Positions 55,031 to 64,000 of a stretch of 64,000 nt of DNA are shown here, piece after piece. How positions within the stretch are numbered: position 1 is the stretch's first letter; each line of letters begins with the position of its first letter. This DNA comes from Octopus sinensis (lineage: Eukaryota), in contig NC_043009.1 of the NCBI RefSeq assembly GCF_006345805.1, positions 50,654,001 to 50,718,000 on the forward strand. The letters run 5' to 3'. The translations under genes and the position numbers were made by a program. Below the pieces are notes generated by a model. It ran no database searches and had not been told where the DNA came from. It saw nothing but the letters and a program-made list of their open reading frames with translations.

Positions 55031-55260
55031 TATTTCTTTATTGCCCACAAGGGGCTAAACACAGAGGGGACAAACAAGGACAGACAAACGGATTAAGTCG
55101 ATTACATCGACCCCAGTGCATAACTGGTACTTAATTTATCGACCCCCAAAGGATGAAAGGCAAAGTCGACCTCGGTGCAATTTTAACTCAGAACGTAACG
55201 ACAGACGAAATACGGCTACGCATTTTGCCCGGTATGCTAACGTTTCTGCCAGCTCGCCGC
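55031..55260 (-). mobile_element. SINE family C
   Basis: Reverse complement of 53565-53792. Confidence 0.9.
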
Positions 55261-56259
55261 GATTTTCACTTTATTGTTAAATGGTAATGTTTGTGAGTGT
55301 TGTTTCATCTTAGGTCAGTGCTGATTGAACAGATGTATGATCAAAGTGTTCCAGCTGTGAGCATCCTAACTATGGGTATTTCTAGGACTACAATGTCTAA
55401 TGTGTCCCTCTTTTTACAAGAGGAGAGAAATCTGGTAATTTGGTTTCTATCTCGAGCAGGTTGAGCCACCATGTAGGGGAGGATGAAACACAGAAAGGAA
55501 TAAAAGAAAGCTTTTACAAAATGAGTGCAGTTTTCAAATGAAAGAATCAGATAATTTAGATTATAAAATTATTTTAGCATTTTCTATCCTGACTTGTTTT
55601 TTCATATATATCAACTCGCGTGTTCCTTTTCATCCTTATACATATGTATATATATATATGCAATTAAGGATAAAAGTGTACCCAATACTGTCAAGTAGAG
55701 TAGAATAACATTATTCATCTAAATAAATAATGTGAGCTGGCAGAATCATTAGCATGCAAAACACAAGGCATAACTGTATTTCACATGACTTTTATCTTTT
55801 GAGTTCAAATTCCACCAAGGTTGGCTTTGCCTTTCATCCTTTGAATTTCAATAATATAAGTACCACTTGATTGCTGTGGATTGATGTTATTAACTAGTCC
55901 CCGCCCCTAAAATTGCTGGCCTTGTGCCAAAATTAGAAAAACTTACTTATCTAAATATGAACCAGTATGAGTTGGTATATGGGGTTTCTCAATCCCAGTC
56001 TTCAAGCAACAAGATTCCAACTCGAGACTCTTGCACACTCAGCTTTGTGTGCATCATCTCTCTCTCTCTCTCTCTCTCTCTCCACACACACACACACATA
56101 CAATCATGAATAATTTGGACAAATAAGTGTAAGTCGATTAGTGTATTTTAAATGTTGAGTAGAGCACTGGCGCAGTTTAGGCTACCCGCTGTCATCCGCA
56201 GTTGTGGTACAGTTCCGTTGGATATACTTCAGGAACTCCGCAGTAACAGTTAGGGTAAT

Positions 56260-56429
56260 AATATTAATTAACAGAAGATAGATTCGGTATTAAATCTTTA
56301 TTGGGTACAACATATGTTTTGACCCATCAGTCTGGGTCTCATCAAGTATTTTGATAAAGATATGGGTCAAAACATATGTTGTACCCAATAAAAATTTAAT
56401 TCTAAATGCATCTCCTGTTAATTAATATT
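56260..56429. mobile_element. 170-bp palindrome containing two degenerate hammerhead motifs (Penelope-like)
   Basis: Outer 68-bp arms 56260-56327 and 56362-56429 with a few mismatches; minus strand tTGATGA-GACCCA-gactga-TGGGTC-aAAA-CATATGT-T-GTAC. Confidence 0.7.
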
Positions 56430-58037
56430 ACACACATGAATATTTATATATACGCATACACACATCATATATACATATATACACATACACATATGTACAC
56501 ACACACACACACCTACATAAAACAAGTTGACTCAGGCCTACATTACTTAGAATTTTGTAGAGATTCTGTAAAATAGATACAGACACACATTTACATTTAC
56601 AAAACTGAGTTACAGAAAGCTGATTCAATTTGTTATGAAATACAACTTCAAATACATGCATCGAGTGCTACTTTCTTTTGTTTGTTCCTTCATCTGTAAT
56701 AGATGTATGAATGTGTGTGTGTATAAGTGTTTGTGTGTGTGTGTGTGGAGAGAGAGAGAGAGAACGAGAGAGAGAGTGTATGTGTGTGTGAATAAGAAAG
56801 AGTGACAAGGTGGAATTATTGGAAAATCCTTTTCTTTACTGAGCTGGTAATCATCAATACCATCCATAAAATTTTCAAGAGTGATAATGTCCAATGCACT
56901 TATTCTTCATTTAAATCTTATATCTTGCAAGATAGGACCAGAAGAGCAGGCAGCAGGAGTGATTTTTCTAAAGGGAATTATTTAGATCCTCTCAAGAAGA
57001 GCAAAGTGTGGGCTGCACAATAAAAGTAACATTTGAAGAAAGATTGAAGCATATGTCAAAATTCTTTTTCTTTCATATGTAGTGGAAGCCTCTTAATTCA
57101 CTTTAACTCTCTGACAACAGGATTTATAGTTGAAACAGTTATGTGAAAATGAAGACAGAACATGTGCTGCCAGCAGCTGTGGAACTGAAAGATTAAAAAG
57201 GACCTCTGAAAAGAGAAATCACATACAGTCAAAATCTTATATAACTTAAATAGACTCAAAGGGATAAGCAAGAAGGGAAAAAAAAAATTATGTAACCTGA
57301 AATATGAAAAGGAATGATATAAAACCCAAGAAGTGCACACAAAAGCATACAAATATTTGTAATACATGCATACATACACACACACACACATATGCAGACA
57401 CGTTGACCATGCAACATACATACCCACAATAATTGATTAGTCAGTAGCTCTGTCATCACCTAAGTGATATTAGATTACAACTCTATACATTATTGGCATC
57501 AGAATATTATTAGAAGAAGCCTGTATTTGAAAACTAATGTTGGGGAAAAGTGTCCCCAAAAGGATGATAAGGATGTCAACATAATTTAATAAAGTATGGT
57601 GCAGAGCAGAGGAAACAGGTTCGATGCCAGCTGGAAGTGAAGATCTCACTTTACTCCAACTGTCAGTTAGCTGTTAGTGATGTGGTGTCCAATGTCATAA
57701 AACAACAAATGACCTTAATGAAATTATTAAGAAGCTAAGAAGCAAACAACCAATATAATAATACCAATAACAACGACAGCAATAATAAGAGGAAGAAGGA
57801 GGAGGAGGAAGAAGAGGAGGAGGAGGAGGGAAAATGACAATTTGCACTGAGGACAATAGAAAATATATTACCAAGATAAAGTTCCTAGTTTGATGTATTT
57901 CATGTTCGGCTCAAATAGAATAGTGTTACTTAAATTGGGTTGGTTCAGATATGAAGAACTACTATACTTGATGTAACCTCTACTCTCTACTATTCAAGAA
58001 GACATTCTATTATCACTGTTTTCAAAACAGAACTTAC

Positions 58038-58087
58038 ACACTCCCATAAAGGAGTTACAATAACAATTTTATACCAAAACAGTTCCT
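58038..58087 (-). CDS. Candidate internal coding exon (ELFWYKIVIVTPLWEC)
   Basis: Strong ttgttctttcag acceptor and GT|gtaagt donor; only one of three frames open across 50 nt. Confidence 0.42.
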
Positions 58088-58339
58088 CTGAAAGAACAAA
58101 GAAGCTTTAGCAAAATATAAGAGAAAGAGATAGAGAGAGTGAAGGGGAGAGGCAGATAAAAAGTAAGCTGTGCAGCTAAGCATATATGTACCAATACCAA
58201 AGTATACAAAGTTGCAACGGGTTATTAAGCACATGTTGTAATGTACTTAAAGGAAAGCAAACCAGAACAACAGATAAGTATATATACACCACGCATGTGT
58301 GTGCGTGCGTGTGTGTGTGTTAGTGTGTGTGTGTGTGTG

Positions 58340-58370
<31 letters not shown>

Positions 58371-58567
58371 ACTACGACTCCACACTATTTTGGTTGACAC
58401 AGAGCTGAAGGGATAAAAATGAAATCTGAAAAGGCAAGAGTGCTGACCCAACTAACATACAAATATTTGACTGCATATATGCATGTGTGTGGGTACATGT
58501 ATGTGTATGTATATAATTATGTACATAATTATGGTGTATAGCCATGAGGTTAGCAGGGGTTATTTAC

Positions 58568-58627
58568 TGTATGTAAGGTAGAAGACTGATATAGAACTCA
58601 GGAGAATCACTTGACATTTGAAAAGAA
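58568..58627 (-). CDS. Candidate coding exon (LFKCQVILLSSISVFYLTY)
   Basis: ctgcag acceptor and gtaaat donor; the phase 1-1 reading joins in frame to 58038-58087; a second frame is also open. Confidence 0.28.
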
Positions 58628-58917
58628 CTGCAGCAAGATTTCCCTAACTTTTATGATTCATGGTGAGTTAGGAATGTGTGTGAGAGTTCACCCAACCCCA
58701 TGCATACTTACACACAAACATCATGTGTGTGTGTGTGTGTGTGGTGTGTGTGTGTGTGTGTGTGTATGTGTGTAGAAGTGGGCATGTTACTGTGTATCTC
58801 TGTGTGTGCATATGTGCATTGGAATTAGTGTACATACATGGACGACTACATAACTGAATATCATAAAGCTGTTTGTCCGGGGTTATACCACCACCACCAC
58901 CACCACAACCACCACTG

Positions 58918-58951
<34 letters not shown>

Positions 58952-58989
58952 TAAATATTATTATTATTATTATCATTATTATTATCATA

Positions 58990-61184
<2,195 letters not shown>

Positions 61185-61455
61185 CCATAAATTACATTAA
61201 ACTAGTACTGGAATACATTAGGAATGAAATATATAGCATCAATTGCTAATAACTCCTTGAAATATTTAAAAAATACTAACAAAAATGATTGATATGGTCA
61301 TTTATTAAATATATTCCCAACCTGTTGATACCACTTCCGCTCTCAATACTCATGGAAGGATATTTAAAAGGAAAATATCGTTAATTTATTTATTCAAGAA
61401 AGGGTAAACTGTTTTGAATAACTAAGAATCAAATAGTTATGAGAAATCAAATTAC

Positions 61456-61534
61456 AAGTTGTACTTTGAAACTAATATTCTTATTTTGAGCTTTCCAGTT
61501 TGGACTTGCTCTAATATGCAGCCTTACAGCCTCA
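61456..61534 (-). CDS. Weak candidate exon 3 (SEAVRLHIRASPNWKAQNKNISFKVQL)
   Basis: Polypyrimidine tract plus tag acceptor; joins in frame to the AG ending exon 62921-62975; three alternative donors. Confidence 0.25.
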
Positions 61535-61627
61535 CTACTTTAGGACAGAAAAAAAGAAAGAAAGAAAAATACTCCTAACAACATTTACAGTATTTAGCTT
61601 TGGCAAATCAAGACATTATATAGGAGT

Positions 61628-61792
61628 TTTATTGAGACACATTCTCTACAGCCAGAGGCCTTTCCTGCCACCAACCTTCAACTGTTTCCAGGTCAGGTAA
61701 TATGGCCAGAAATATTTTACAGGGGAGACTGGAATTGAACATATTTTGTAATACAAGTTTAAAACCATTATGTGATGTCAAGACAAGGGTAT
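61628..61792 (-). mobile_element. SINE 3' fragment, inverted partner of 62441-62605
   Basis: Both copies yield the near-identical ORF-track peptide RNILQGRLELN(I/V)FCNTSL(K/Q)PLCDVKTRV on opposite strands. Confidence 0.85.
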
Positions 61793-62247
61793 GCACCTAT
61801 GGTCTAGTTGTGTCTAAATTCTCTCTCTCTCTCTCACACACTGTGACGAATATCAGTTACCAAGTTTTGAACCCGATTAACTTATCAGCTCAGCCAAGGG
61901 ATCTGAGACCTGCTTCTGATTTACACAGCATGAGACCGATGGCTGGTAGACAACAATCTACAATATTAAGTATATTATTCAATCTCAAAGTGTTCTATGA
62001 CAATGACATTAAACATCACTATTACGACAGTTCATTTTCCTTCAAATCATAGTAGGGCAGCAGTTGTCCCTACTACACAAAATAATTTCTAACAAAGACA
62101 CAATCCCCTAACATTTAGGTAGAAGAGTATTTGATTATATTTATCTAGTATAAGACTGGTAGTTATTTTTATCAGCTCTAAGAGAATGAAAGACAAAAAT
62201 TAACCTCAAGAGGATTTAAACAAAAGCAGCAGAGTATTATACCTTAG

Positions 62248-62605
62248 AGGTGCAGATGTGACTATGTGGTTCAGAAGCTTGGTTCCCGACCACATGGTCT
62301 TGAGTTCAGTTCCACTGCATGATACTTTGGGCAAATGTTTTCTGGTATAAACCCCAGGCTGACCAAAGCCTTATGAGAGGATTTGGTAGAAGAAAACTGA
62401 AAGAAGGCCACTGTATATACACATATATGTGCATTTATGTATACCCTTGTCTTGACATCACATAATGGTTGTAAACTTGTATTACAAAATACGTTCAATT
62501 CCAGTCTTCCCTGTAAAATATTTCTGGTCATATTACCTTACCTGGAAACAGGCGAAGGTTGGTGGCAGGAAAGGCATCTGGCTGTAGAGAATGTGTCTCA
62601 ATAAA
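62248..62605 (+). mobile_element. Chimeric SINE: family A head with a different (RTE-associated-type) 3' part
   Basis: 62248-62420 matches the family A head; 62441-62605 has ggttggtggcaggaaaggcatctggctgtag instead of the family A body. Confidence 0.75.
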
Positions 62606-62920
62606 CTTCATTTAACCTATTAAATGATGATAATGAGGATAATTCATTGCTACTTCTGTCAATTTCCAATCTGATGCTTGACCAATTTTGTCATGTCACC
62701 ATCCTAGCGCTCTACCAGTTTTACCAATACACCACTCTGGTGCTCCACCAATCCTGCCAATGCACTACCCTCTTCTTAGTCAGAAATAACAGGTTCTGTC
62801 AAATAAATTTTTCAATATTTAAAAGAAAAATCTTATGGACAGAACCTACTTCAACTGCTGAGCAGTTCTTGATTTGAAGAACTTCCTGGGCAGCATTAAG
62901 TATTTAATTTCTTAGAATAC

Positions 62921-62975
62921 CTGGTATTGGTTTTGCATTTGTTGTTAGGTGAAGATAGGAGAGGTGTTCTTATGT
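62921..62975 (-). CDS. Candidate coding exon 2 (DIRTPLLSSPNNKCKTNT)
   Basis: tttcttctagctttaactgcag acceptor; CAG|gtattc donor; 55 nt; in-frame join to exon 1 across a 135-nt GT-AG intron (62976-63110). Confidence 0.45.
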
Positions 62976-63110
62976 CTGCAGTTAAAGCTAGAAGAAATCT
63001 AAAGAGAAACACTGAATCTTTTCATATAAGAGATTGACACAGATAACCTCTTGGTATTTATTAAGATCTCTATAGAAATGTCATCGGAAGTTGCTATTTA
63101 TTTCTCATAC

Positions 63111-63132
63111 CGTGTAACGGGATCTCATTCAT
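63111..63132 (-). CDS. Candidate first coding exon (MNEIPLH) within exon 63111-63150
   Basis: Very strong acceptor cctttccctatctctttttcag; in-frame TAA upstream of ATG (63132-63130); ACG|gtatga donor; no frame can read through from an upstream exon. Confidence 0.45.
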
Positions 63133-64000
63133 GAACAAGGAGTCAGTTTACTGAAAAAGAGATAGGGAAAGGAGAGTGAGAAAGAGAGAAAAACAGAGAC
63201 AGCAGAGAGAGAGAGAGAGAAAGAGAAAGAGGGCAGGAGAGAGAAACACACAGAGAAATGAATGCACACCTGAGTGCATGTTTAACAAGTACAAACATAT
63301 CTTTGTGAAACAAGCAACAAACAATGAAATCTTAAAGATCACAATAATATTTTAAAGAAAACTTGAACAAAGCATTATGAAAATAATTTTCGCATTTTTC
63401 TTTTTGTTATATATAATTTTATTTCTACCTGATGGAATCAAATCTAATGCCATAATTTGTGGAAATTATTTCTACAGTCTGCTGAAAAATTTACAAGAAA
63501 TTCTAAGTTATTAAATGAAGTAATGGAGCTGAACATGTAAACAAAGTTGATATTAGTTAATAATTTTTAGACAGGAAGACTCCAACCACATAGCAATATT
63601 CTTTAGGGATTGCTACATCAAAGAAGTGTTTTATGACATTACTAGCATGCAATTTATTGCTGATACTGGTAATACTGCTACTACTACTGCTACTATTACT
63701 ATAATTACAACAATATCTTTTGGTGTTCCTTTTGTCTTTTTTTTTTTTCTTTTAATTAGTTACACTTTGTGAGAAGCATGAAACACATTTTTCAGAGACT
63801 TATAATACTCAAGGTAAAAAGCTTAAATTACAGGCTTAATAGTAGCTGCCATCTTTGAATAGTAGGCACCAGGCTGACTGGTAAACTTGAGGAGGCAAAA
63901 ATGACATCATTAGACAAGAGGATGACAGTCAGATATAATTTAAGGATTGAAAAAAAAATGTCTCAAGAAGTGGAAGTCAAAGATGGTATAAAATAGGTGG

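Noticed and set aside
56625-57210. Protein-like ORFs on both strands (MDIITLENFMDG.., ..NYLDPLKKSKVWAAQ, RSFLIFQF..)
   Set aside because: Conflicting frames, internal stops and no consistent splice pair; left unassigned.

Overview
AT-rich, microsatellite-dense eukaryotic (animal) DNA. The repeat families look like those I associate with octopus genomes; this is inference from recalled SINE families, not a database result. Almost every ORF in the supplied track is an artefact of microsatellites, SINEs or decayed LINEs. Supported content: (1) at least five interleaved tRNA-derived SINE families that share and swap modules; (2) decayed RTE-type LINE fragments, a mariner remnant, and hAT, piggyBac-like and unclassified MITEs; (3) a 554-bp element sitting inside a (TAA)n tract; (4) a 10-copy, about 129-bp tandem array built from the promoterless 3' half of a SINE; (5) three loci with minimal hammerhead-ribozyme motifs of the Penelope-like type, one arranged as a 170-bp two-ribozyme palindrome; (6) scattered short candidate exons on the minus strand between about 63.1 kb and 26.5 kb that may encode a multipass membrane protein with an N-terminal dileucine-like motif (low to moderate confidence, no gene name recognised). 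By eye CpG is common in about 1-18.5 kb and depleted from about 18.6 kb onward, consistent with an intergenic region next to a methylated gene body. No CRISPR array, rRNA or true tRNA gene was found.
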